From assembly GCA_964516345.1 (NCBI GenBank), contig CAZEXY010000004.1, forward strand, positions 16,949 to 51,937: 34,989 bases of DNA, written 5' to 3'. The position numbers and the translations under genes are program-made. Shown piece after piece: positions 17,073 through 27,171 of the stretch. The stretch's first letter is position 1; every line of letters starts with the position of its first letter. This DNA is from an uncultured Anaerolineae bacterium (GTDB lineage Bacteria > Chloroflexota > Anaerolineae > S016-19). The notes under the pieces are model-generated. The model searched no databases and was not told the origin of the DNA. It saw nothing but the letters and a program-made list of their open reading frames with translations.

Positions 17073-19871
17073 CTACGCCGGTTCGATCCGGACGGCGCTC
17101 ACCTTGTACTCCGGAATCTTCGCGATGGGATCCAGCGCCTGCTGCGTCAGGGTGTTGGCGTTCTCCTCTGCCCAGTGGAAGGTCATGAAGACGATGCCAG
17201 GCGGCACTTCCTCCGTGACTGCAGCTTTCGTAACCACCGTGCCCCGGCGGCTGGTGACGCGGGTCGGTTGGCCGTCCTCGATGCCGTACTTCAGGGCGTC
17301 CTCCGGGTGGACGACGACGAACCCTTCCGGCACGTGTGAGTTCAGCGGCTTGCTCCGGCCGGTCATGGAGCGGGTGTGCCAGTGGAAGAGGATGCGGCCG
17401 GTGGTCAGGATCAGCGGGTATTCCTCGTCGGCGTCCTCCGCCGAGGGCATGTGATCCACCGCCATGAATAGCCCTTTGCCGCGTGTGAATTTCCCGACGT
17501 GCAGGATCGGCGTGCCGGGGTGGTCGGTGGTGGGACAGGGCCACTGCAACCCCTGCGTGCCGAGCCGCTCGTGCCGGATGCCGCCGTAGATCGGCGTCAC
17601 CGCGGCTATCTCCTCCATGATGTCCGCCGGAGAGAGATAATCCCAACCGGCGTAGGGGGCGCTCCGGTCGATGTACTTCCCGATCTCCCCTTCCAGGAAC
17701 CGGTTCGCCAGGTCCGAAAGGATTTCCCAATCCGGGCGGGCCTGCCCCGGAGGCCGAACCGCCGGGTTCACCATCTGGACGCGGCGCTCCGTGTTGGTGA
17801 AAGTTCCGCTCTTCTCCGCCCAGCTTGCCGCAGGCAGGACCACGTGCGCCATCTGAGCAGTCTCCGTCAGGAAGATGTCCTGCACCACCAGGAATTCCCC
17901 TTTCTCCATGCACTCCCGAACGTGGTTGGCGTCCGGGTCGCTCACCATCGGGTTTTCGCCCATGATGAAGAGCCCGCGGATGCTCCCTTCGCCGAACGCG
18001 TTGACGATCTCTACGATGGTCAGCCCCGGCTCTTTGTCCAGGTGGAGCGGCAGGCTTTCGTCCAGGCTGACTCCCCACGCAGCGGAGAAATGCCGTCGGG
18101 CGTCTTCGTTCATCACGTGCTTGTAGCCGGGGAAGATGTTCGGCAGCACGGCCAGGTCGGACGCCCCCTGGACGTTGTTCTGCCCCCGGAGGGGGTTGAC
18201 CCCTGTCCCCGGCTTCCCGATGTTCCCCAGGAGCATCTGGAGGTTGGTGCAGGAGAAGACGTTCTGCACGCCGTGGGTGTGCTGCGTGATCCCCATGGCG
18301 AACAGAAGCGCGCCGGGACGGTTCTCCCAAAGAATTCTGGCCGCCTCCTCGAACTGTTCCGCCGGAACGCCGGTGATCTTGGAAGCCACTTCCGGCGGGT
18401 ATTTCATCACCGTCTCCTTGAAATCGTCGAACCCTTCGGTACGCTCGCGGATGAATTCCTCGTCGATCCAGCCGTTCCGGATGAGCACGTGGGCGATGCC
18501 GTTGATGAGGGCGATGTCGGTGCCCGGCTTCTGCTGCATGTGCAGGTGGGCGAAATCGGTGATGGGGATGCGTCTCGGGTCGGCGACGATGAGCTTGGCT
18601 CCTCGCTCCCGGACGGCCCGCCGGATCTGCATCCCGATGACCGGGTGCTGTTCGGTGGTGTTGGAGCCGATGATGAAGTAGCTGCGGGCGTCGTTCACGA
18701 TGTCGTCGATGCTGTTGGTCATGGCTCCTGAGCCGAAGACCATGAGCATGGCGGCTACGGTGGAAGCGTGGCAGAGGCGGGCGCAGTGATCCACGTGGTT
18801 GGTGCCCCAGATCTGGCGTGCCAGCTTCTGCACCAGGTAGTTCTCCTCGTTGGTGCATTTGGCCGAGCCGAAGACGGCGATGGAGCGGCTGCCGGATTCC
18901 TTCCATATCTGCGTGAACCTGTCCACCACCACGTCAAGGGCTTCGTCCCAGGAAGCTTCCACGAACCTGCCCACCTGTTTCCTGCCGGAAACGTCCATGC
19001 CTCGCTCCCGGAGGATCTCCGGGCGAACCAGCGGCGTGGTCAGGCGGTCTGGGTGGTTGACGAAATCGAACCCAAAGCGGCCTTTGACGCAGGTGGCGCC
19101 GTGGTTCGCCGGGGCGTCCCATGCGGGCGTCACGTCCACGATCTCGTTCTCCTTCACGTTCAGGTAGAACTGGCACCCGACGCCGCAGTACGCGCAGGTG
19201 GTGCGGACTTTCTCCAGCTCCCAGCGGCGGCCCTTGCCGATGGCCTGCTTGGGCCACAGCGCCTGGGTGGGGCAGACGTTGACGCAGTTGCCGCAGAATT
19301 CGCAGGAGCTCTCCTCCATCGTGGTGTCCATGCCGAAACCGATGTAGGTTTCGTGGCCTCGGTTGAAGAACCCGATGGCCTGGACGCCGTTGATGTACTC
19401 GCACGCCCGCACGCATCTCCCGCAGAGGATGCACTTGTTCAGGTCCACCTGGATGAACGGATTGGGGTCGTCCACCTGGAAGTGCTTTTCGACGCGGGGG
19501 AAAAGGGTGCCGGTGGCGCCGTATTCGTAGGCCAGGTCCTGGAGCTCGCATTCGCCGGCCGCTTCGCAGGTCATGCAGTCCAGCGGGTGCTCCGAAAGGA
19601 TCAGTTCCAGGGCCATCTTGCGGTCTGCCTCGAGCTGCGGCGTATGGGTGCGCACCACCATCCCATCTTCGGCTTTGGTGGTGCAGGAAGTGTGTGTTCC
19701 GGGCCTTCCTTCGATCTCCACGACGCATAGGCGGCAGTTGCCGTCCGGCGGGAGCGCCGGATGGTAGCAGAGCGTGGGGATGTGCACCCCTGCCTCCTGC
19801 GCTGCCTGGAGGATCGTCTGTCCTTCCTTCGCCGTAACCTGCTTCCCATCGATAGTGAGTGTTATGCTCAT
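17073..19871 (-). CDS. fdhA: Formate dehydrogenase alpha subunit, fused 2Fe-2S / 4Fe-4S / molybdopterin oxidoreductase (Cys-type, YjgC/FdsA-like)
   Basis: N-terminal 2Fe-2S domain (CYHPALPPDGNCRLCVVE). Ferredoxin-type clusters (CILCGRCVRAC, CEFCGNCVNVCP). Mo-bisPGD domain cluster TCAYCGVGCQF. Active-site HCARLCHAST with Cys and no in-frame TGA. C-terminal molybdopterin-binding domain. I chose the ATG at 19871 (MSITLTIDGK) because GGGAGG lies upstream. Confidence 0.9.
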   Translation of the reverse strand: MSITLTIDGKQVTAKEGQTILQAAQEAGVHIPTLCYHPALPPDGNCRLCVVEIEGRPGTHTSCTTKAEDGMVVRTHTPQLEADRKMALELILSEHPLDCMTCEAAGECELQDLAYEYGATGTLFPRVEKHFQVDDPNPFIQVDLNKCILCGRCVRACEYINGVQAIGFFNRGHETYIGFGMDTTMEESSCEFCGNCVNVCPTQALWPKQAIGKGRRWELEKVRTTCAYCGVGCQFYLNVKENEIVDVTPAWDAPANHGATCVKGRFGFDFVNHPDRLTTPLVRPEILRERGMDVSGRKQVGRFVEASWDEALDVVVDRFTQIWKESGSRSIAVFGSAKCTNEENYLVQKLARQIWGTNHVDHCARLCHASTVAAMLMVFGSGAMTNSIDDIVNDARSYFIIGSNTTEQHPVIGMQIRRAVRERGAKLIVADPRRIPITDFAHLHMQQKPGTDIALINGIAHVLIRNGWIDEEFIRERTEGFDDFKETVMKYPPEVASKITGVPAEQFEEAARILWENRPGALLFAMGITQHTHGVQNVFSCTNLQMLLGNIGKPGTGVNPLRGQNNVQGASDLAVLPNIFPGYKHVMNEDARRHFSAAWGVSLDESLPLHLDKEPGLTIVEIVNAFGEGSIRGLFIMGENPMVSDPDANHVRECMEKGEFLVVQDIFLTETAQMAHVVLPAASWAEKSGTFTNTERRVQMVNPAVRPPGQARPDWEILSDLANRFLEGEIGKYIDRSAPYAGWDYLSPADIMEEIAAVTPIYGGIRHERLGTQGLQWPCPTTDHPGTPILHVGKFTRGKGLFMAVDHMPSAEDADEEYPLILTTGRILFHWHTRSMTGRSKPLNSHVPEGFVVVHPEDALKYGIEDGQPTRVTSRRGTVVTKAAVTEEVPPGIVFMTFHWAEENANTLTQQALDPIAKIPEYKVSAVRIEPA

Positions 19872-20049
19872 CTGGCCTCCCTGCTCCCTTCGATTTCGAT
19901 AGCGGCTGCCCGACAGGTAACGTCGGCAACCTGACGGGTTACCGGAGCGGTGCTTCACGATCTCGACTGAGGTTTAGGCATTTATGAGCCGTTGCTCCTT
20001 TCCCACGCTCGACGTAGCCGAAACGGTTTCGTCGTTTTTCACGTGACCG

Positions 20050-20078
20050 ATTATACCAGCAACGGCATTTCTCCACAA
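20050..20078 (-). promoter_or_regulatory. Putative strong promoter of fdhA
   Basis: On the minus strand: TTGTGG, a 17-nt spacer, then TATAAT preceded by TGG (extended -10 like). This implies a leader of about 170 nt. Confidence 0.55.
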
Positions 20079-20118
20079 AGCCCGGGGTTTCGCCTTCCGA
20101 AAAATCGGATGCCGAAAT

Positions 20119-20147
20119 TTGCGCGACGAAAAGTCATGGTGTATCAT
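20119..20147 (+). promoter_or_regulatory. Putative groEL promoter
   Basis: TTGCGC, a 17-nt spacer, then TATCAT. It lies immediately upstream of the CIRCE element. Confidence 0.55.
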
Positions 20148-20155
20148 TTGCTCGG

Positions 20156-20182
20156 TTAGCACTCTCGAGAGCAGAGTGCTAA
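20156..20182 (+). promoter_or_regulatory. CIRCE operator (HrcA binding site)
   Basis: TTAGCACTC tcgagagca GAGTGCTAA is a perfect match to the TTAGCACTC-N9-GAGTGCTAA consensus. It ends 50 nt upstream of the groEL ATG. Confidence 0.9.
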
Positions 20183-20217
20183 GTTAACAAGCCGATGAAC
20201 ATCCTAAAAAATAATGA

Positions 20218-21879
<1,662 letters not shown>

Positions 21880-21901
21880 GCCGATAATAAACTTCGGTAC
21901 G

Positions 21902-21935
21902 AAAAACTCCCGCCGTCACTCGGCGGGAGTTTTTT
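21902..21935. terminator. Bidirectional rho-independent terminator shared by groEL and the convergent DUF3566-like gene
   Basis: AAAAACTCCCGCCG tcact CGGCGGGAGTTTTT. A GC-rich 9-10 bp stem is flanked by an A run and a T run. Confidence 0.8.
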
Positions 21936-21953
21936 CATAGTCGATGGATCGGA

Positions 21954-22262
21954 TTACTCCAGTTCGATCTCCAGCCCCCCGACTATGGAAGCTACGATGT
22001 TGTAGATCAAAGCGTCGATCAGGAAGCCGATGCCTCCGACGATGGCGTACAGGAATATCCCGAGGATGTAGATTACCAGGGCTGCTACAATTCCTATCCC
22101 ACCGGAGAAACTTCCTCCGGTCTCAGAGGCAAGCAACTGAGTCAACATGCTCGATGTTCCAATGAGCACCAGCGGGAGTCCGACGACGGCGAAAATCAAT
22201 CCGCTGAGCACCGCTCCTACCTTGAACGCCGAACCCAGACCGATTCTCCTTACGGTTTGCAC
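21954..22262 (-). CDS. Small membrane protein, DUF3566-like
   Basis: Three or four hydrophobic segments. The N-terminal VRRIGLGSAFKV and C-terminal LIYNIVASIVGGLEIELE resemble the DUF3566 pattern as I remember it. I prefer the GTG at 22262 because AAAGGAGG lies 7 nt upstream. The alternative ATG at 22280 has no RBS. Confidence 0.65.
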   Translation of the reverse strand: MQTVRRIGLGSAFKVGAVLSGLIFAVVGLPLVLIGTSSMLTQLLASETGGSFSGGIGIVAALVIYILGIFLYAIVGGIGFLIDALIYNIVASIVGGLEIELE

Positions 22263-22321
22263 AGTAACACCTCCTTTCATTATTAGCCGACTTATGGGGA
22301 ACGCCTTACATTTGCACAACC

Positions 22322-22350
22322 ATTATACCATAACCTTCGAAGGATTACCA
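22322..22350 (-). promoter_or_regulatory. Putative extended -10 promoter for the DUF3566-like gene
   Basis: On the minus strand: TGGTAA, a 17-nt spacer, then TGG-TATAAT. Confidence 0.45.
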
Positions 22351-22402
22351 CAGAATCACCGAAAACAAAAAATCGCGTAAGATGCTCAACTCAGGGAGCC
22401 TT

Positions 22403-23020
22403 TCATGCTCCTTCTTGGCGTCTCTTTACGTCCTTCATTCGGTCCTGGAAAGCCCGCGCGCTCACCAGAGCGAACCAGGAAGGCCAGAATCCGAGCAGGA
22501 CAACGGGCAGCAGCATCCCGAACGCTGCCAGTAGTATCAGGAAGAACAGCAGCACCAGTGTGTAGACCGGGTAGGCCATCACCATGAAGAAGGAGTTCCT
22601 GAAAAGAAGCGCTAGGCTGGGTCGCTCCATGCCGACGATCATAGGCCACATGTATATGGACATGCCGAACCACAGGAGCACGAAATACCCCCATATGAAC
22701 GCCACTATGGTCCAGGCTGCTCCATGGTGGGAGACGTAGAAATACAAATCGATCAGTGAGATTGTGCTCACAACGTAGGATATCAGGCCCAACCTCAGGG
22801 CATCCTTCCAGTAGAGCCTGATTCCTTCCCTGAACTTCTTCCAGTTCACAATCCTGTCGTGGACTTGCTCGTGCGCCAGGTGGAACATTCCGACCGTGAC
22901 CACCGGCATTAGGAAGATCGTGGCCAGGCTGAGTACCCAGAGGGCGCTCAAGGCCACGTACAGGAAGGCTTCTTCGTACCAGTCCATGGTGGCACGCTTG
23001 AGCACACCGATGGGACTCAT
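22403..23020 (-). CDS. DUF624 (YesL-like) polytopic membrane protein
   Basis: 205 aa with five or six TM segments. The N-terminal region (MSPIGVLKRATMDWYEEAFLYVALSALWVL) and overall layout resemble DUF624. The ATG at 23020 overlaps the PAP2 stop as ATGA, and GGGGGAAGG lies upstream. The ORF-track extension to 23569 overlaps the PAP2 gene in another frame. Confidence 0.7.
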   Translation of the reverse strand: MSPIGVLKRATMDWYEEAFLYVALSALWVLSLATIFLMPVVTVGMFHLAHEQVHDRIVNWKKFREGIRLYWKDALRLGLISYVVSTISLIDLYFYVSHHGAAWTIVAFIWGYFVLLWFGMSIYMWPMIVGMERPSLALLFRNSFFMVMAYPVYTLVLLFFLILLAAFGMLLPVVLLGFWPSWFALVSARAFQDRMKDVKRRQEGA

Positions 23021-23922
23021 CCTTCCCCCTTTGTGATGGTATTGGAGATCCATGGTATCAGAAATGCCACTTCCCAGCTCATGACAAACCACCTGGCGGA
23101 CAGAACGCCGACGTGCGTCACGGATCCTGCGGGCGGGTGAAAAGGCGGCGGAGCTTTGGCAGTTGCAGCCATCAGGGCCAGTCCTGCCGCCACGAAGAAC
23201 GTTCTGGAAAGCAGAGAACCTTTCAATCTGTCTGGCAGGGATTTCGCATCTGCCATGAAGAGCCCGACCAGCAGGCCGCTCAGGCTGCCCAGACGTGAGA
23301 CTTCTTCCGGTATCCTGCCGTCGATCCGTGGGTGGACAAGCGCCAGGAAGACCGATGCCGCTATCACGGCGATCGAAAGCCACACCCAGGAAACACTGCT
23401 TTCCAGCCTGACGCAACAGCCCGTTCTCGTTGCCCAGATGCCGATCAGGAGAATAGATATTCCGATCCCCCACCCGCCTATCACATCGGCGGGATAGTGG
23501 GCGCCCAGGTAGACCCTGCTCAATCCTACCAGGAACACTACTGCCCCGGCGGCCACCCAGGCCCACCATCTGTTCACCAGGAAAGCGAGGTATCCCCAGA
23601 AAGTGACCGAAGCCTGTGAGTGTCCGCTCGGGAACGAAGGGGAGCTTTCGTGCCTGAGAATCCGTATCCCGGGGGCGCTCGGCCGGGGCGTGGATATCAG
23701 GTACTTCAGAAAAGAGTTTACGTAAGCACTGAGGAGCAGCAAAACCCCAAGGGCGGCTGCTTTCTTCCTGCTCCAGAGCCAGTAGAGGATCGGGAGCAGG
23801 AGATAGGCCATATCGATCCCGATGTCGGTTACGATGGAAAACAGCACATCCGCCGGATGGGACGAGAGCCCCTGAACCAGGATTATCCCTTTCGAACCGA
23901 GCAAGCCTCCGTACATTTTCAC
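23017..23922 (-). CDS. PAP2 superfamily phosphatase (membrane lipid/undecaprenyl-diphosphate phosphatase-like)
   Basis: All three acid phosphatase motifs are present: KYLISTPRP, PSGHS and SRVYLGAHYPADV. Multiple TM helices. Confidence 0.88.
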   Translation of the reverse strand: MKMYGGLLGSKGIILVQGLSSHPADVLFSIVTDIGIDMAYLLLPILYWLWSRKKAAALGVLLLLSAYVNSFLKYLISTPRPSAPGIRILRHESSPSFPSGHSQASVTFWGYLAFLVNRWWAWVAAGAVVFLVGLSRVYLGAHYPADVIGGWGIGISILLIGIWATRTGCCVRLESSVSWVWLSIAVIAASVFLALVHPRIDGRIPEEVSRLGSLSGLLVGLFMADAKSLPDRLKGSLLSRTFFVAAGLALMAATAKAPPPFHPPAGSVTHVGVLSARWFVMSWEVAFLIPWISNTITKGEG

Positions 23923-23944
23923 TCGACCTTTCTATCGAGCCCGA

Positions 23945-25048
23945 TCACCGCCGGACGAACTCCCACAGCATCCTGGTCGCTCCCACCATGTCGGCGATGG
24001 CTATGTGTTCCTTTGGAGTGTGCACGTCCGCCATGCCTGTGGAGATCACGGCCACGGACATGCCTGCCTCGTTGTACACATTTGCATCGCTTCCCCCACC
24101 TTCGATCGCATAGATCGGGGTGAATCCTGCCTTTTTCGCTGCTCGAGCCAGAGCTTCGACCACCGGGGTTTTCTCGGTCAGGCGGAAACCCCTGTACTTC
24201 GGTTCGATCCTGATTTCCACCGATGCTCCGGGGAATCTCGCTGCTGCATCTTCCAGCGCCTGCTGCATCGCTTCTATCTGTCGGTTCAATTTTTCCTCAT
24301 CGTGACTCCTGGCCTCTCCGAATAGTTCCACCCTGTCAGGCACGATGTTGGTTGCCGTACCGCCTCGGATGATCCCAACATTTGCCGTGGTCTCGGGATC
24401 GATCCGCCCGAGAGGCATCGAGAGGATGGCGGTGGCGGCGACCTGGATGGCGTTCACTCCTTTTTCCGGTTCGGCCCCGGCATGGGAGGCTTTCCCGTGC
24501 ACGACTGCGGAGATGTTCTGCTGTGTGGGAGCTCCTACTATTATCGTGCCGATCGGCCCGCCTGCATCGAGCACCACGCCCGACTTTGCAACGAAGCTCC
24601 AGGTGTCACGCAGGTGTTTGGCTCCGAGCAAACCGATTTCCTCCTGGACGGAGAAAACGACCTCCAGCGGAGCGTGGTCGATTTCCGGGTGCTCCGACAG
24701 CGTCCGCAGGACTTCCATGATGGCGGCCACCCCGGATTTGTCGTCGCTTCCAAGGATCGTGGTGCCGTCGCTGTAGATCACACCGTCCCTGATCACCGGA
24801 TTTATCCCGGTATCTTTCCCTACCGTGTCCGTATGGGCGCTCAGAAGCAGAAATTCCTCTTCTTTCCCTTTACCTCTGCCCGGGAGCCGGGCTATCACGT
24901 TGTGCATGGAATCGTGGAGGGTGATCTCGAGCCCAAGCTCTTTCAGGTCGCTTTCTATCTTTCCCGCTATTTCTGCTTCGTGGGTGCTGGGGCTGTCGAT
25001 CTTCACCAGCTCCAGGAAGTAATCGACTAACCTCTTCTCGTTTATCAT
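23945..25048 (-). CDS. M20 family metallopeptidase (PepT/YqjE tripeptidase-like)
   Basis: SAHTDTV, GSDDKSG and QEEIGLLGA metal-ligand motifs. The ATG at 25048 (MINEKRLVDYF) is preceded by AAGGAGG. Confidence 0.85.
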   Translation of the reverse strand: MINEKRLVDYFLELVKIDSPSTHEAEIAGKIESDLKELGLEITLHDSMHNVIARLPGRGKGKEEEFLLLSAHTDTVGKDTGINPVIRDGVIYSDGTTILGSDDKSGVAAIMEVLRTLSEHPEIDHAPLEVVFSVQEEIGLLGAKHLRDTWSFVAKSGVVLDAGGPIGTIIVGAPTQQNISAVVHGKASHAGAEPEKGVNAIQVAATAILSMPLGRIDPETTANVGIIRGGTATNIVPDRVELFGEARSHDEEKLNRQIEAMQQALEDAAARFPGASVEIRIEPKYRGFRLTEKTPVVEALARAAKKAGFTPIYAIEGGGSDANVYNEAGMSVAVISTGMADVHTPKEHIAIADMVGATRMLWEFVRR

Positions 25049-25119
25049 TCGAGCCTCCTTGTCGGAATACCCCCTCGAGGGGGTTGTTCGTGGTTCGATG
25101 TCCGGAGTTCGGGCGGCGA

Positions 25120-26835
25120 TCATCTCGAGGAAGCTTCCAGAAGCTCCTTCGCGCTTCGGAGCCCGGTTTCTCCTGGAGTGCCGAGCATGGCTGCAAGTTC
25201 CTCCACCCGCTTTCCTTCGTCAAGGGGAGATGCAGTGGCCACCGTCCTTCCGCCTACGATTTTCTTTTCCACCTTGAGGTGCTTCTCTCCGTATGCCGCT
25301 ACCTGAGGCAGATGCGTTATGCACAGCACCTGATGCGATTCTGAGAGCTGCCGGAGTTTGCGTCCGACGACGTTCCCGACGCGACCTCCTATCCCCACGT
25401 CGATCTCGTCGAATATCAGGACGGGAGTCTGATCCGCTTTGGAAAGCACCACTTTCAGGGCAAGCATGAGCCTCGCGGTCTCGCCGCCGGATGCCACTTT
25501 GGAAATGGGACGAAGCTCTTCCCCCGGATTTGCGGACACGAGGAATTCCACACGGTCGATGCCGGTGGAATCGAACGCGAGCCTTCTTCCTTCTGAGAAG
25601 ACTCCATCGGCCGATTCCCGCTGCTCGATCGATACGGCGAACCTCGCTCCACGCATGTTGAGGTCCTGTAGCTCCCGTTCCACCGCTTCCGCGAGCTTCT
25701 CTGCGGCCGACTTCCTTGCTTCCGAAAGTGATGATCCAAGCTCGCCGAGTTCGTGCAGCAGGCGATCTTCCTCTTCTTCGAGTTCCTGGCTCAGTTCCTC
25801 GGAGTGTGAAAGTTTTTCGATCTCCTTTCGTGCGTTCTCGCCGTATTCCAGGATTTCTTCTATGGTGTCTCCGTATTTCCGCCGAAGGTTCTCCAGCAGT
25901 GCAAGGCGCTCTTCCACCTCGTCCAGTCTTCTTGGGTTGAATTCCAGGGAGTCCCTGTATGCCTGAAGGGAAGCCGTGAGGTCTCCCAGTTGCTCGACGA
26001 TGGAATCGAGTCGTGCTTCCGGTTCCTCCAGAGAAGGATCGATGGAAGCAGCTTTCGCCAGGAATCCGGAGGCCTGCCCGATCAGGTCGGATGCCCCCGG
26101 CATCTGGTCCTCTCCGAGTTCGAGCAGCCTGTAAGCTGCGTCCATCAACTCCAGGAGCTGCGCTGCGTGGGCGAGCCTCGTCCTTTCGCCGAGCAGCTCT
26201 TCGAGCTCGCCCGGAACCAGGCGGGCGGTTTCGATTTCGTTTACCTGGTAATTCAGCAAATCGAGCCGCTGAACTCGTTCGCGCTCGGCGGTTCTCAGTT
26301 CCTGCAGTTCGGCCCTGATCTTGCGCAGTCTGGCGGTTTTTTCGGCGAACTCGTTGCGCAAGGCGTCGAGCCCGGCGAATCTGTCCAGAAGGAGATAGTG
26401 CTGGCTTTTTTTCAGGAGGGAAAGGTGTTCCCCTTGACCGTGGATGTCCACCAGCGCGTCGCCTACCTCTCTGAGCACGGATATGGAGGTGGCCCGGCCG
26501 TTCACCCTAGCTATGTTCCTGCCGGATGCCCGTATCTCCCTGGAGAGCATGAGCACTTCCGGCCTGTCTCCCTCCAGACCTTCGCGTTCGAGCAGAGGGC
26601 GCAACCTTTCGACGGAGTGAGGCGGCAATACGAAGACGCCTTCCACCAGAAGGGAAGAAGCCCCGGAGCGCAACCATTCCTGGCGGGCCCTTTCTCCAAG
26701 GATCGCGCTGACGGCATCGATGATTATCGATTTGCCGGCACCGGTTTCACCGGTCAGGATGTTCAGGCCGGGAGCGAATTCTATGCAGAGCCGGTCTATT
26801 ATGGCGAAGTTCTGGATGCAAAGTTCGGCAAGCAT
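25120..26835 (-). CDS. recN: DNA repair protein RecN
   Basis: Canonical N-terminus MLAELCIQNFAIIDRLCIEFAPGLNILTGETGAGKSIIIDA, long coiled coils, and the C-terminal LIFDEIDVGIGGRVG ... VLCITHLPQVAA. Confidence 0.93.
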   Translation of the reverse strand: MLAELCIQNFAIIDRLCIEFAPGLNILTGETGAGKSIIIDAVSAILGERARQEWLRSGASSLLVEGVFVLPPHSVERLRPLLEREGLEGDRPEVLMLSREIRASGRNIARVNGRATSISVLREVGDALVDIHGQGEHLSLLKKSQHYLLLDRFAGLDALRNEFAEKTARLRKIRAELQELRTAERERVQRLDLLNYQVNEIETARLVPGELEELLGERTRLAHAAQLLELMDAAYRLLELGEDQMPGASDLIGQASGFLAKAASIDPSLEEPEARLDSIVEQLGDLTASLQAYRDSLEFNPRRLDEVEERLALLENLRRKYGDTIEEILEYGENARKEIEKLSHSEELSQELEEEEDRLLHELGELGSSLSEARKSAAEKLAEAVERELQDLNMRGARFAVSIEQRESADGVFSEGRRLAFDSTGIDRVEFLVSANPGEELRPISKVASGGETARLMLALKVVLSKADQTPVLIFDEIDVGIGGRVGNVVGRKLRQLSESHQVLCITHLPQVAAYGEKHLKVEKKIVGGRTVATASPLDEGKRVEELAAMLGTPGETGLRSAKELLEASSR

Positions 26836-26841
26836 CGGCTT

Positions 26842-27171
26842 TTAGTTTTCGACCTCTCTCTTGCTGCTTCTGGTGTAGAGCCAGTATGCGAGGCCCAGGA
26901 TCGAAACTGCGGAGCCGACCATGGCAGCGGTCTGCCAAGGGAGTCCTCCCTCCTCGTCGACAGAGGCAGGGGATGGCATCATGGCCCGTGCGATGAGCTC
27001 TTCTTTGATCCTTTCCCTGGCTCCGGGGTCCATCTTCAACGGATGGAAGATCTCGGAAAGCAGGCTCTCCAGCAATGTAAAGTCTGCATCCGGAACCGCT
27101 TCTTCGGAGCTCCCCCACAGCCTGGAGGCCTGCCCCATCGCCCAGTTCAGCTGATTCAACACGACCTTCAT
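26842..27171 (-). CDS. Small tail-anchored membrane protein, putative anti-sigma factor
   Basis: 109 aa. The start overlaps the sigma factor stop as ATGA. It has one C-terminal TM helix (TAAMVGSAVSILGLAYWLY) and no zinc-binding HxxxCxxC motif. The function is inferred from position only. Confidence 0.55.
   Translation of the reverse strand: MKVVLNQLNWAMGQASRLWGSSEEAVPDADFTLLESLLSEIFHPLKMDPGARERIKEELIARAMMPSPASVDEEGGLPWQTAAMVGSAVSILGLAYWLYTRSSKREVEN

Noticed and set aside
18700-18800. Selenocysteine (in-frame TGA plus SECIS) in the formate dehydrogenase.
   Set aside because: The reading frame is uninterrupted, and the active-site position reads HCARLCHAST with cysteine. This is a Cys-type enzyme.
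19974-20162. A 62-codon minus-strand ORF in the fdhA-groEL intergenic region.
   Set aside because: It spans the predicted fdhA promoter and overlaps the CIRCE operator. It has a GTG start without an RBS and no recognisable features.
22403-23569. N-terminal extensions in the ORF track: 22403..23569, 15277..16629, 17073..19958, 26842..27507, 32498..33625, 9628..11031, 8332..8682 and 23945..25123.
   Set aside because: The extensions overlap neighbouring real genes or repeats and have junk composition. In each case an internal ATG or GTG with a good Shine-Dalgarno sequence matches the conserved N-terminus of the family. I trimmed the starts accordingly.
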